Of a stretch of DNA of 64,000 nt, positions 39,915-54,289 are shown piece by piece. The notes beneath the pieces were generated by a model, which had not been told where the DNA came from, searched no databases, and saw only the letters and a program-made list of their open reading frames with translations. Each line of letters opens with the position of its first letter. Position 1 is the stretch's first letter. A program made the position numbers and the translations under genes. Source of the stretch: Octopus vulgaris (lineage: Eukaryota); contig OX597817.1 in the NCBI GenBank assembly GCA_951406725.2, positions 57,164,001-57,228,000 on the forward strand, written 5' to 3'.

Positions 39915-40093
39915 GAACACAGCACGACATGGCTGGGAAGCAAGCTTCTTACCACACAGCCATGCCTGCGCCTATATATACATATTGGCCTGCTCGCATA
40001 GCCAGCAGGGTGACGTCATTTGAAGGCTAAAACAATGCGAAGCGCATTGTGACCAGCGATGTGTAGCAACATCTGATACTTTGGTCGGTCACG

Positions 40094-40149
<56 letters not shown>

Positions 40150-40934
40150 AAAAACTAACATATCAGAAATGTAACTCTGAAGAAATAATTTATCAGGCCT
40201 GTCTATAACAAGAGAGAAAACTGTTACACATGTAACACAGACAACTTTTAAATTTAAACGACATCTAATTATCATAATGTAACAACAGCTTTCTGAAAAA
40301 TGAAGGAAAAAAAAAGGGAAAACTTACAAAGCTAACAAAGATGTGTTGCAATGTCCAGAAGATGTGTGGCATCAACCACATGCATGAATGTTAGTAGTAG
40401 CAGCACTCCCTACACACGTTAATATTTTTGATGAAATGATAGGAGACATGGAGAAAGTTACACATTATGAATCATTGCAGCATTAAAAATCTTATCTTAA
40501 GCCTACCCTGAGGTGAACAACAAAAATATAAATCTCCCATGATAATGTGATGCTGTCATTGTCAATGAAACAGAGCATGAGAATATTGTAGTAGACAGGG
40601 AAAAGATTTAAGTGGCCAACAGATTCTTAAAAACCAATTAATAATATTATTTTCTCTTCAAAAATTGAAAATAGACAAATAGAAGTAGATTTCACACAAA
40701 AGATGTAAATTATGGAATAGATATACATTTAAATATTTCAATTATTATATATATATATATATATATATTGCCCACATCCTTAGAAAAACCCTATCCATTT
40801 AAATGTCTGTGTTGTAGTACGTGAAGATATTTTGTGACTGCCCCTGTCACTTCCCCTTCTCAAGCTTTCAGTCATTCTGTAATCCTTCACTTGCCATAGG
40901 ATGCTGTGTGTGTTTCAGCAAGTGATTGTAACAA

Positions 40935-41260
40935 ACATAGGGCCACTGACTGGCTTCCGGTCCCGTGGCATGTAAAAAGCATCATTTGAGCGGGATCGTG
41001 GCCATCATCGCCTCACTGGCACATGAAAAACACCTTTTGAACATGGTCATTGCCAGTACCTCGTGCCACTGGCACGTGAAAAGCACCCACTACACTCTCA
41101 GAGTGGGTGGCTTTAGGAAGAGCATCCAGCTGTAGAAACTTTGCCAGATCAGATTGGAGCCTAGAGCAGCCTTCTGGCTTGCCAGTCCTCAGTCAAACCG
41201 TCCAACCCATGCCAGCATGGAAATCAGCCGTTAAACGACGACGACAATGATGATGATGAT
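40935..41260 (+). mobile_element. Family A element
   Basis: Modules, body and (GAT)n tail. Confidence 0.85.
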
Positions 41261-41644
41261 AATATATAGCATTTGAAAACCTCTTGCTGTGTAAATCAGT
41301 TAAATGGAGACTGACATGTGATGGGATTAAGAGAATAAGTCAATACTAAAGAACAATAACAGACAACAAAGCAAAGCTGAGCAAGACAAATTAACATGAC
41401 AAACTGGAGTCTCTACAATAAAGCCCTCGTAAACTATTAAAATGTCATGGTAACACAACACCACCACCACCACGACTACAGCAAATGCTACAAACTGTCA
41501 GCAGCTAGTTATGATGTAGGAAATGAAAAAGTCTTGTTCAAGATGACATCAATATTATGAAAGGGAGGGAGAGAGGGAGTTTCTATGAAATGGTTTCCAC
41601 TGGCAAGAAATAGCAGGGAAATCACTTTCAAATGAGAGGGCTGA

Positions 41645-41960
41645 GAACTTGATCAGGATGCTGGGTTGGAGGAATTGGTGGAACAGCTGGCAAGGGCAAA
41701 TGGAAGGCAGTGGTATGGACATTTGTCGAAGAGGGATGAGGTTCATATTCTGAGGAGAGTGCTTGAATTTGGAGTGAATGAACTATGAAAGTGAGGTCGA
41801 CCAAAAATAACATGGAGGAGGAGATTGGGAAGGTCAGCTTGAGGAGGGAGGATACCCAAAACTAGGCAAGGTGGTGTGAGAGCAGTTGCTGTAGGAGTGA
41901 GGTAGATCCAGCCACCCCCGTTAACGGGGACAAATCCAGTTTCAAAATATTGGACAAGAA
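41645..41960 (+). mobile_element. RTE LINE 3' fragment
   Basis: LARANGRQWYGHLSKRDEVHILRRVLEF..GRPKITW with stops; 3' end gatccagccacccccgttaacggggacaaa. Confidence 0.8.
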
Positions 41961-42056
41961 GACGTTCAAGTTCTGTAATCCAAAGCTATGAAAGACAGAT
42001 GATGATCAAAGTTAACTAAAGAGGATCTCTTAACTCCTGGTGATCCCTAATAATAA

Positions 42057-42190
42057 TCTCTCTCTATATAAAGCTGAAGTTGTCTGTGTGTGTGACAGGT
42101 TTGGTGGCCTTCAACTAACACTATCTCCTCCGAGACCCTGCGGCGCAAGTTGACCAAAATTGAGAGTATGATAAAAGAAGGCTTGCTCTG
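42057..42190 (+). mobile_element. Helitron 5' fragment
   Basis: TCTCTATATAAAGCTGAAGTTGTCTGTGTG start, resembling non-autonomous Helitron 5' ends. Confidence 0.5.
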
Positions 42191-44124
42191 TAATTATGAA
42201 AAGAATCAAAATCTGGAGGGGTTTAATAAACCAACATTTCTATTTTTAAGTAGGGTTTTTGAAATAATTATATCACAGATCCAAGGGTGGTCCCAGGTAG
42301 GATGGTATGAAAAGGATTAAGGGACAAAACTGGTGAATACCAAAACATTTTGTTTTTGGTATTTTGTTGTAGGTAGGTTTGTTCTGTGTTGTTTGTGGTT
42401 GTTTTTTGTTTTTTTCTTCAAACAAATGCTTCAAAGAACGATAAAACAAGAACAATGAACAGAGTTTTTGGCTGAGAACTTTCCAAAATGTATTTCGTAT
42501 AGTCAGTTGTTTTATAATTAGTCTGTTAATTATGGTTGCAAAACAAATGAAAGTAAGAAAACATGACTCATTCGTAGATAATATAGAGGTATACAGTCAA
42601 AATTTCTTCTCATTAAACTGACATATATTCAAATTATTTTGACGAGGACTTATATAAATGTATTATGAATATGTGAGTTTGCATCATAAAAACGTATGGT
42701 TGTGTGTCTGCATATCTACATGTGTGAGAGTGAGGTGTATGAAAGAGAGAGAAAGAGAGAGAGTGTGTATGTGTGTGTGTGTGTATACACACACATTTTT
42801 TAAATTACTCACTGCTTGATAATTTGCTAACAAACCGCAAGCAGCTTATTGAATAGGTACATGTGTTATTTATGTAGGGTGAGGTGATAGCTACAAATAG
42901 TGAAATTCTTCGTTTATACAAGTGTATATGGATACGGGGTGGGAAGTTCACTTGTAAACAGAAACAAACGCAACCTAATTCAGTCTGACAAATGTCTCCA
43001 GTATTGTCAAGGAAGTGTGGAGCTGTTTACAGCACAAACATACTTCAATGCCCTTTACAATGTCAAATCTTTTAAACTGTCATTAACTGTTTACTAACAT
43101 GTCAGTCAGTCTGGCAAGAGAACATACTGTTCTTATATCTTTATTGTTTCATTAGCATCATTTTAGCACCGAATTTTCCCTGATTATATAGGTCAGACAA
43201 AATTCGTTGAAGCACATTTTCTACAGCTGGACGCCCTTCCTGTTGCCGACCTCCACCTGTTCCCAAGTAAGGTAATATTTCTGGGGCAAAATGCTTAGCG
43301 GTATTTCATCTGTCTTTACATTCTGAATTCAAATTCCGCTGAGGTCAACTTTGCCTTTCATCCTTTTCAGGGGTCGATAAATTAAGTACTAGCTGCATAC
43401 TGGGGTCGATCTGATTGACTAGTTCCCTCCCCAAAAATTTCAGGCCTTGTGCCTTGAGTAAAAAAAAATTTCCTCAACTCCGTTCTCAAGTCACGCCCAA
43501 CTATCATGAGAAAGGAAGAATACATTGTATCACATAGTCCTAGATACACCATGTCTGAATTAAAAAAAAATACTGGATGGGGTTAGGGTCTCAACAACAG
43601 CAACAAGATACACTATTAAACAGACACATAAGCCAATGAACAAGTTCCTATGCAGTTTCACAACTTGTAAGAAGCATCGAATCAGATCCAACAACCTTTT
43701 AAAAGAGAAAAGATCATGTAATTCTAGACCCAAGATATTCACCACTGCAAAGTCTTTGATAAACTGGGCCTCTGTCCATCAGGGTTGACCATTTAGCTGC
43801 TTCTGTGTGTACAGCTGCGGGTATGATGTTTTGAGGAAGACTGGCAAGTCTCTCCACTGCAAGTCTCTCCACTGATGCGGTTCAAGAGAAAGGCCACTCC
43901 TTCCGAGTACCAGAGTCATAGCAGATACAATTCTCAGAACACAAACAGCCTCAAGACGTTTTGCAAGGGCAGATAGTTCAGTTAATCCACGGTCTTGGAT
44001 TAGTATAATTTTTTTGTTTTTTTTAACTGACCTCAAATGGATGAAAGGTAAAGTTTAGTCTCAATGTTATTTGAATTTAGAGGACAGACTTAGAAGAAAT
44101 TCCATGAGACATTCTGACACTTAA

Positions 44125-44348
44125 CCCTTTCATTACCAACCTGGCTGAAACCGGCTCTGGCTCTGAGTACAATTGTCTTGTTTTCATAAGTTTTGAATTA
44201 AAATCTTCCACCAAACCTTAGTCACAATTTATGTTCCTAACACTAGCTGAATGATAACTAAATTATTTTACTAAGTTCTTTGTTAGATCGAAAATTAATT
44301 GAAAGAAACCTGACAGAGCATCTCAAAATAAATACAGTAACAAAAGGG
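44125..44348. mobile_element. piggyBac-type MITE
   Basis: TTAA TSD, CCCTTT/AAAGGG ends. Confidence 0.85.
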
Positions 44349-44714
44349 TTAAGCAACTCCACCATTTTGACTTTGATCATAAAGTTTGCTGGATGAGAGC
44401 TGACCTAGGGCTAAATAACAGCCAGGTGTATATGAAACATACAAGCCAATGAGGGAACCTCTACATAGTCACTTGACCTAAAACTCTGAAACATATCAAC
44501 CGCCATTTAATTTTCGTACATAAGTGTGAAGCAACTGATTAATAAAGTTCTCTGCTCCCACCACCACCACACACAGGTACTGCATTACAGGTGTGAATTT
44601 AGGCTATAGTTGTCGTTAATTTGATCCACCTGGGATGGGCAAAGTCCTGGTTGGTGGACACACACACCCACACCTTCAAATGCAACAAGTCAAAACAAAA
44701 GCAAATGTTCTGAG

Positions 44715-44774
<60 letters not shown>

Positions 44775-45104
44775 CTTTCATTTTCTTCCTGATTTCAAGT
44801 CATTAGACTATAGCCATGCTGGGGCACTACAAGGTTTTATACTGACAACAATACTTTATCTGGTACTTATTTTATCAATCTTGGGGAACAAAAGTAAAAA
44901 TGAACTAGACATAAAGAGCAAAGCATTAGGGGCTATCTAACAACCCACACTATTTCTCCCTTTTTATTCTTTTTTGTGACTACTGCTTATGAGGTTGCAT
45001 CAGTTTTTCAATATAATCAAATTTTGGAAGGTTTTTAGTCAAATAACTGTAACTTTATATTGTATTAAATTAATAAACTGGTATTTCATGATACGTATAA
45101 CAAT

Positions 45105-45275
45105 AAGGCGGCGAGCTGGCAGAATCATTAGCACGCCGGGTGAAATGCTTAGCAGTATTTCGTCTGTATGTTCTGAGTTCAAATTCCACCGAGGTCAACT
45201 TTGCCTTTCATCCTTTCGGGGTCAATAAATTGAGTACCAGTTGCATACTGGGGTCGATCTAATCAACTGCCCCCT
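45105..45275 (+). mobile_element. Family C SINE
   Basis: ggcggcgagctggcagaa head, B box, Nin/Meta-like domain. Confidence 0.8.
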
Positions 45276-45354
45276 GTATAACCAATTTATAGCAAATTCC
45301 AACAGCAAAATCGTATATGGACCCCTAAGGGCCATATGAATGCCATCGAGAACC

Positions 45355-45680
45355 ATCCATTCATCATCATCCAGTGTTTTAAATCTGGGTTTTGTCCCCA
45401 TTAACTGGGGTGGCTGGATCTACCTCAATGCCATAGCAACCACCCTCACACCATCTCGCCCAATTTTGGACATCATCCCTTCTCAAGCCAACCCTCCCAA
45501 TCTCCTCCTCCACCTTTTCTTCAGTCTACCTCGCTTTCACAGTCCATTTACCTCAAACTCTAACACCTTCCTCAGAACATGCTCCTAGTCCCTCCTCAAC
45601 ACATGCCCATACCACCACACACCAGTCGCCCTTGCCAGCTGTTCCACCGATTCCTCCAACCCCAGCATCCTCATCAAGTC
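45355..45680 (-). mobile_element. RTE LINE 3' fragment, same family as 41645-41960
   Basis: Reverse-complement homology and a (CAT)n tail. Confidence 0.8.
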
Positions 45681-46634
45681 CTCTAATGTAGATTTTAATT
45701 GAGGATGAACACATTAGTAGAGTAGTCTCAGGTGGACTGGTGCTATTAAAAAGGACAATACTGATGACACTGACAACAAGAAAAATATACATTTGTAAGA
45801 TATTTAAATAAATCTCACAAGTTCAGCTCCAAATGAAACCACAGTATGTTTGCAGAATGATAAAAAGATAAAATTATGATAAAAAGAAGTCCAGCCATGA
45901 CCAACCCATTTTTTATTCAAGCATCGTGTATCTAATTATTCAATGTCTAGTCTAGTGGTGGTCTGCCATTGGGCAGGTCCTGTGCATGTGAACCTTCTCC
46001 AACATTTTCTATACAATCTGGGAGGGCCAGTACTCTCCCCTGCCAACTGTTAAGTAGATTACTGGAACTTCAGCTTCCATGACAATAAGGAAGAACACTG
46101 AAGTGGTTTCTTGTTGCCTTCTCCAGGCAGGTAGGATTTGAACTCAGAATGTAGAGAGCCTGAAACTATACAATAAAGAATTTCTGCCAATGTATCAACA
46201 ATTCTGCCACTCTTCCACCCTATCTTCGAGTGCAAAACCCTAACCACTAGGCCCACACCTTGCCCAATGTAGGCTTAGGTATCTTTTCAAGACAGCAATT
46301 TAAAAGAAAACTTGGTAACTATTTCTAGCATGTCCAACAACCACATAGCTTGACCTGCTAGAACTATTGTTCTACGCTTACTAAGAGAGAGAAATTAATA
46401 TTTCATTATTAATCAGTTATCCCATACATCCATACCAGATCCTACGAATAAATATTGATGAAAGCAACTTACTCTATTGTACAAATGCAGCAGCAGGAGG
46501 TTGGTCTATATTTGTACGAATTCTACATTCTCACAATATGTCCTTTGTGCAACTAACCACTCAACTGTGGACCGGGGAGTGGGGCAAGCTGGGTTTTCTT
46601 TTTGCTTTCTTTCTTTTCTTTATTTTTTTGATCG

Positions 46635-46922
46635 GTGACACGTAAAAAGCACCAACCGTTCATGGCCGTTACCAGCCTCGCCTGGCACCTGTGCCGGTGG
46701 CACGTAAAAAGCACCAACTGATCGTCTGGCCTCTGTGCCAGTGGCACGTAAAAGCACCTACTACACTCACGGAGTGGTTGGCATTAGGAAGGGCATCCAG
46801 TTGTAGAAACACTGCCAGATCAGACTGAAGCCTGGTGCAGCCTCCTGGCTTCCCAGACCCCAGTCAAACCATCCGACCCATGCTAGCATGGAAAACGGAC
46901 ATTAAACGATGATGATGACGAT
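46635..46922 (+). mobile_element. Family A element
   Basis: Three modules, body and tail; similar copies at about 48435-48785 and 59490-59720. Confidence 0.85.
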
Positions 46923-46979
46923 GTGATGCAGTTCTACTTGCTAGGTCTGGAGGAAGCAGCAATGATCATGTCCTTTGCA

Positions 46980-47430
46980 GGTCCTCCAAGACTCATGAGA
47001 CTGATGCCTTTAAAATTTCTCTTAAACTTTTGCAAGTCAGGACTTACAAGAAAGACATGGTCGAGAAGAGAGTTCCAGAAGACCAAAGTCGTGAGAAAGA
47101 AGAACTGTGTAGTGGTTAATATGGGAGACAGCAGGGGGAGTGAGGGTTAGATACAACAAGGGTGGTGGAAAGAGGAGAGAGGTAAATGGGCTGAGAACAC
47201 CTGAGTGAAAGTGGCATTAGGCCCAACCAGCTGTGAAGACCAGGGGCCATTATAGTAACAGTAGAAAAGGCATACAGAAGAGACAGCATACCTGTGGGAC
47301 AGAAGCTGAAGCATGTCTCTAAGGGACATTATGCCAATCAATCGGGGTAGCTCTTTTCTGAATGCAGTCAATGATGGCTTTGTGTCTAGCATCAGCACTG
47401 ATCCATGTGTGTGCATGCTTTCCTCCATTG
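46980..47430 (-). mobile_element. CR1-group LINE 3' fragment
   Basis: LQLLSHRYAVSSVCLFYCYYNG and HYTQFFFLTTLVFWNSLLDHVF..DLQKFK resemble CR1/Daphne-type C-termini. Confidence 0.7.
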
Positions 47431-47439
47431 TTTCACACC

Positions 47440-47670
47440 TATTTCTTTACTACCCACAAGGGGCTAAACAGAGAGAGGACAAACAAGGACAGACAGACGG
47501 ATTAAGTCGATTACATCGACCCCAATGCATAACTGGTACTTAAGTTATTGACCCCAAAAAGATGAAAGGCAAAGTCAACCTCGGCAGAATTTGAACTCAG
47601 AACGTATTAGCAGACGAAATACTGCTAAGCATTTCGCCCGCCGTGCTAACGTTTCTGCCAGCTCACCGCC
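47440..47670 (-). mobile_element. Family C SINE, full length
   Basis: Colinear with 12078-12300. Confidence 0.85.
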
Positions 47671-47679
47671 TTTTTCTAT

Positions 47680-47907
47680 TGACGGGATGCCAGCCCATTG
47701 CAGTGTTACCCAAGAAACAGGAAGGAAGAGTGAGAGAAAGTTGGGGCGAAAGAGTACAACAGGGTTCGCCACCACCCTCTGCCAGAGCCTTGTGGAGCTT
47801 TAGGTGTTTTTGCTCAATAAACACACTACACCCAGTCTGGGAATCGAAACCGCGATCCTCCGACGGTGAGTCCGCTGCCCTAACCACTGGGCCATTGCGC
47901 CTCCACA
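47680..47907 (-). mobile_element. tRNA-derived SINE, family E
   Basis: Head gtggaggcgcaaTGGCCCAGTGGttagggc...GGTTTCGATTCCc, followed by a non-tRNA body. Confidence 0.7.
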
Positions 47908-50900
47908 CCTTCACCTCACAGTCAATGTTGTCTCATTTGATCAATCACAGCACCATAACCCTGGAAAGTGTGACAATAAGATAACAACAAAGAAAGCTGT
48001 CTACAACAACAACTAATTCAAGTCCCAGCTAAACTAAGTCACTTAAATTAAGCTAGAAATACAGGTCACTCTTATCCCTTCTCTCTCTACCAGCAGAATT
48101 TTCACTGCTACAGCAGAACCCACCCACCAGCCCATCTAAAACTAACAGTCAATGAAAATATCTGACACTGCCTCTAATTATATTATCAAGAACATTCCCC
48201 TGTGATAAGGAAAAGAGATCACAGTCTAAATGTAGATATAAACGACTGAATTCGTTCATAGAAGTGAACCATGAGGAGATGTGTAAACCTGAGAAGAATA
48301 ACAGAGACTCATTCTGTAAACTTCATGCATCTTATCTTCTATCCCTAGCCTTATGCTACCACTAGCTTTACTCCATTAATTAATTGTGTCACCTAATTAA
48401 CAGAAACAAGCTGAAACAAATTACTATAAATATCAAATGGAAATTGTAGTTGCGATCCCTGTGCCGGCGGCACGTAAAAAGCACCGTCCGAACGTGGCCA
48501 ATTTCAGTGCTGCCTTGACTGGCTTCTGTGCCGGTACACGTAAAAAGCACCAACTGATTGTGGCCGCTGCCAACCTCGTCTGGCCTCTGTGCCAGTGGCA
48601 CACAAAAAGCACCCACTACACTCACGGAGTGGTTGGCGTTAGGAAGGGCATCCAGCTATAGAAACGCAGCCAGATCAGACTGGAGCCTGGTGCAGCCTCC
48701 TGGCTTCCCAGACCCCAGTCAAACCGTCAAACCCATGCCAGCATGGAAAACAGACATTAAACGATGATGATGATGATGATGATGAATGTCATCTGGAAAC
48801 TGTGGAAAAACTTCCAAGCAGCTTTTAAAACTGATTTTAAAAATAAGTTTCAAAAAATTAAAACCATAAATATTTGAGATATTAGCAGATCAGGTAATAT
48901 TTTAATGTAAAAGTTTCAAGTTTAAGTGTTTATCTTTTATTTCTATTTTTTCATTTGTTTCGGTCATTAGAGTATGGCCATGCTGGGGAACCATTTTAAA
49001 GAATTTTTAGTCAAATGAATGGATCTCAGGACTTTTTTTTTTTTTTTTGGTAAAAAAAAGCCTGGTACTGTTCTATCAGTCTCTTTTGCCAAACTGCTAA
49101 GTGACAGGGACATAAATACACCAACACTGGTTATCAAGCAGTGATGGAGAACACCAACACACACACATACACAACAGGTTTGTTTCAGTTTCCGTCTACC
49201 AAACCCACTCCAAGGGTTTTGGTCGGCCCAAAGTTACAATAGAAGACACTTGCCCAAGGTGCTACACAGTGGGACTGAACCCAAAACCATGTGGTCTAGA
49301 AGCAAGCTTCTTACCACACAGCCACACCTACAACTATTTCTTCAATTATTTCAAGATGATTAATAATTAAGCAAGGACCTCTTCGGTAGCAACTGTTTCA
49401 CAGGTAAACACTCCCATAAAGCCCCATTCCCATCATGTTAGGGGTAGTTACAAGCAACGGGGAGAAGGGGGGCACAGTTTAAGGGCAGTTTTAACACCTT
49501 AAGTATAAATGTTAAATTATATTATAATTATAGATAAGGAAGCAAAGCAGAAAATATTCTGAAATACATAATTAAATCTTATCTTTCATTTGTTTCAATT
49601 GCTGAACTATGGCCATGCTGGGGCACTGACTTGGAGGGTTTTAGTCAAACAAATTGCCCCCACCTCATCCCAGCACATTTTTTTTTTTGGTTTGTTTTTT
49701 TAAGTTTGGTATTTATTATATCATTTTCTTTTACTGAACCACTAAGTTACAGGGGGCGTAAACAAACCAGCACCCATTGTTAAATGGAGAGGGTGACAAA
49801 CAAACACACACACAAACAATGGGCTACCAATGTTTCCATCTACAAAATTCAATCACAAAATATTGGTCAACCCAGGGCTATAATAGAAGACACTTGCCCC
49901 AAGGTGATACGCGGTGGGACTGAACTGAAAACCATGAGGTTGGGAAGCAAGCATGCCTGCACCTGAGAACAATTAAAAAAATTTTTATGTCATTATTTCA
50001 CCTGCTCATTTGAGTAGCCATGAGAGCAAAAAAAAAAAATCCTCTACGTAACTTGAACTGTTGGAAAAAAATAGATAAATTTCCCTTAATCACACACTAT
50101 AATCAAAGACACATTAAATTATGTAATCCTAGATACATTATGCAAAATAAAACAAAAACCAAAAAAAAAAAAAAGATAGGATTGTTACAGCTTGAATATC
50201 TCTGTTCGTAGATTTACTGGATCAAGGCTACATCAGATTAAACGAATTGTCATATAAAAAATATCCTCTCCAAAATGCTCGATAGATTTATCAGGGCCAG
50301 AAGCCTCCAGAGAGTATTTCCAAAACTCCATAAATATTTTTCAGTGGTCAGTCAAGTGGAGGGAAAAAAGACAAAACAGATTATGGTCAGTTAAGAAATT
50401 GGAGATAGTAGAGAGGGTGGCTGCTATTCAGCCAGCGAAATTGCTTAAGCTGAAATTCACATGCTAAATGAAAAGAATAACTAATTAAGAAGAGACTCAT
50501 AACTAATTAAGTCCGTAAATGACGTAATTATAAAATATGTCAGATGGTGAACTGTACAAATCAATTTCGATAAAGGGTGAAAGTAACCATACTAATCATA
50601 TTAACATTAGCCTGATTGATGGAGAGAGAGTAGCGATGAAATGGATTTAGGAAAATATTAGACAATTAAACTCGTTTCAGAGAAACCTCACCAACAGAAC
50701 AGAACAGTGGTTCTCTCCTGGGATATTCTTTTATTCTTTTACTGCAGCCATGCTGGAGCAAATCAACCCCAGGATTTATTCTTTATAAGCCTAGTACTTA
50801 TTCTATAGGTCTCCTTTTGCCGAACCAAGTTACAGGGAACGTAAACACACCAACATCAGTTGTCAAGCGATGTTAGGGGGACAAGCACAGACACACAAAT

Positions 50901-50969
50901 ACATGCATGCATACATATATACATATATATATGGGCTTCTTTCAGTTTCATATATATATATATATAACT

Positions 50970-51390
50970 ACGCTCTGCTAAAGCTTTAACCGCAACGACT
51001 GGCCTCCGTGCTGAGGGCACGTAACAAACACCATCCGAGCGTGGTAGTCCGCCAGCCTCGTCTGGCACCTGTGTCGGTGACACATAAGAAAACACCATCC
51101 GAGCGTGGCCGTCAGCCAGCCTCGTCTGGCACCTGTGTCGGTGGCACATAAAAAACACTATCCGAGCGTGGCCGTCTGCCAGCCTCGTCTGGCACCTGTG
51201 TCGGTGGCACATAAAATCACCCACTACACTCTCGGAGTGGTTGGCGTTAGGAAGGGCATCCAGCTGTAGAAACACTGCCAGATCTGACTGGCCTGGTGCA
51301 GCCTTCGGGCTTGCCAGACCCCAGTTGAAGCGTCCAACCCATGGTAGCATGGAAAGCGGACGTTAAACGATGATGATGATGATGATGATA
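50970..51390 (+). mobile_element. CpG-rich family A copy inserted in the (TA)n of a family B SINE (about 50730-51540)
   Basis: Four ~62-bp modules with retained CpGs and a (GAT)n tail; host SINE sequence tatatatgggcttyttcagtttc is repeated on both sides. Confidence 0.85.
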
Positions 51391-51538
51391 TATATGGGCT
51401 TTTTTCAGTTTCTGTCTACCAAATTCTCTCATAAGGCTTTGGTCAGCCCAAGGCTATAGTAGAAGATGCCACGCAGTGGGATTGAACTCAGAACCATGTG
51501 GTTGGTAAGCAAGCTTCTTACTACACACCCACTCCTGC

Positions 51539-51581
<43 letters not shown>

Positions 51582-51940
51582 TAAGGAATTAATAGTATAT
51601 GTCCAAGGCACACAAGACAGTACCATAATTTTATAAAGGGTGTGTGTATGTGTGGATAGAAAGATGTGTAGGAATATTAAACACTTCCTCTTCTCTCTCC
51701 CTCTCTAACACAAAAGCACACCCTCTTCTTCCCACCTTACTCACACTTTAACCACACACACTCACACTATCTTTCACTCCTTTCTCTCTCTCAGATTCAA
51801 CCTCACTTCCTATATTCCGCTCTCCTCGCCCCGCCCCAGATAGCCGAAGCCAGACTATGAGAGAGTATGAGGGTGATAAATAAAAAAAATATTCTATACA
51901 AGTGTCTGTCTCTCTGACTTCTGTGTGTGTGTGTGTGTGC

Positions 51941-51993
<53 letters not shown>

Positions 51994-52439
51994 GAAACAC
52001 AGACATATAGACACAAACACATACAGATACACACACACATATAAAGATACACACATATGGACACACACAAAGTTAGTGGTTTAGGTAATTTGAATGGTTT
52101 ATAAAAAACCCAGGTAAATACCTGATATATTTATAATGCAAACAGGAAGTAGGTGAGGAAGTGGTGAATGGGAGCCACAGAGAGTGAGGTGTGGCCTAAG
52201 AAGAAAGAGTGCTAAGAAAGGAAAGGCTGATGCGAGGAGTAGTAAGAGGCATGAGTTACCAAAAGGTGGGTGGTGTGAGAGATAGGTAAGGTGGTGACAG
52301 TGTAAGGGAGGGTCAAATGGTTTGAGGTTAGAGCTTTGGTCACACACACTAATGAACTTATACAGACACATACACACACCACCACACATAAATGTACATA
52401 TATACACACACATACAGATTTATATCTACCATTTACTTT

Positions 52440-52644
52440 TTTTTACTTCAGTCATCAGACCGTGGCCATGCTGGGGCACTGCCTTGAAGAATCTTTAGTC
52501 AAATGTCTCAACCCTGGTACTTTTTTTCCTTTTTAAGGCCCGATACTTATTCTATTGGTCTCTTTTGCTGAACCACTAAGTTACAGGGACATATATACAC
52601 CAGCACCGGTTGTCAAGCAGTGGAAAGGAAAGACAAACACAAAG

Positions 52645-52677
<33 letters not shown>

Positions 52678-52835
52678 ACAGGCTTCTTTCAGTTTCTGTC
52701 TACCAAATCCACTCACAAGGCTTTGGTCAGCCTGAAGCTATAGTAGAAGACACTTGCTGAAGGTGCTACGCAGTGGGACTGAACCCTGAATCATGTGGTT
52801 GGGAAGCAAGCTTCTTACCACGCAACCATGCTTGT
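52440..52835 (-). mobile_element. Family B SINE
   Basis: Full copy; others at about 48950-49330, 49580-49945 and 56120-56480. Confidence 0.85.
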
Positions 52836-54289
52836 GCCTGTGTGTATGTGCACACGCACACACATACATGCTTATATACACACACGCACATACATACATA
52901 CATACACAAATATACATGCATACACACAAATATACACACACAGTCACACCTCCACTCCAGTTCATCATTTACCACATTGACCTCTACCCAAATATTTTAC
53001 CATCCATTATTATCCCATCCTGATCCACTGTTTGTATCAGCTCTTGTTTCCTGATGGGTTTGCTCAGGCAAACCATTACTACCATCTTGCCCTTTTCCAA
53101 GATACTCCCAGCCACCCCTATATAAATGTGGGGTAACCATGTACCTTCTCCACAGCAAGACACCTCTACTTGTCTCTGGCATACAACCTCCTCACCCCCT
53201 TTTCAAACAGTCCCTACTTAGTCAATAGGGCTTTCCCTTCACCCTCTTTTCATTCGTTTCTCTTGTTCTTTCCTACCTTGCATGTTATTGAGTGACCTCA
53301 CCTGACCTGGTACCATATAAAAAGCACCCACTACACCCTAGGCATCCAGCCTTAGAAACTATGCCAAGTCTGACAGAGAGCATGATGCAGCTCTGCAGCT
53401 GTCAAAACCATTCAACCAATGCCAGCATGGAAAATGGACACGTGGTGGTGGTGGTGGTAATAAATGACAATATCTATGAACCTACACACAAGATTTTGAT
53501 AGCATGCACACAAACCATTCCCAAATATTAATGAATATTTAATATATTCATTAAATATATAGTGAAATATAGAGAAATATATAGTGTCCAAACATCAGTT
53601 GGAACAAGTCTGGGTACTGACCCCGAAAGGATGAAAGGCAAAGTCAACCTTGGCGAAATTTGAACTGAGATAGATGAAAAACCGCTAAGCATTCGCCCGG
53701 CATGCTAATGATTCCACCAGCTCGCCACCTTAGACTGAATGAATAATGAAATACAAATGAGTTGAGAGAAAAAACTAGTTCCAAGAGAAACCCATTGCAG
53801 AAGTGCAAGAGAGAAGATTTCAGACAGAAAAGTGTGATGTATATGGAGAATGGTAACTAGCACTCTGTCGATTACAATGACAAGTGTTCTAGTTGGTTCA
53901 ATCAATGGAACAACCTGCTCATGAAATTAACAAGTGGCTGAGTACTTCATAGACATGTAACCGCTTAGCGTCGTTCTCAGGGCGATTCAGTGAGACACAG
54001 AAAGTGACAAGGCTGGCCCTTTCAATTACAAGTACAACTCAATTTTTGCCAGCTGAGTGGACTGGAGTAACATGAAATAAAGCGTCTTGCTCAAGGGCAT
54101 AATGCACACCAGGGATCGATCTTGCAACAACACGATTGTGAGCGAAATACCCTAGCCACTAAGCTAATTACTTAGTGGTTAGGCTACGATGATAGTTGGG
54201 TAATGAAGTGCTAAGCAACCCGAGTAGAAGAAAACTGCAGAAGAAGGTGATGGAAGACATGGGCAGAAGCAGTAAAAGCTAATATCAGA

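Noticed and set aside
50180-50345. Exon-like unique sequence
   Set aside because: All six frames contain stops, and there is no CAMSAP similarity.
50856-53054. Numerous 60-160 aa ORFs in the supplied track
   Set aside because: They are read-throughs of SINEs and (CA)n/(TA)n microsatellites. The same applies to most ORFs across the window.
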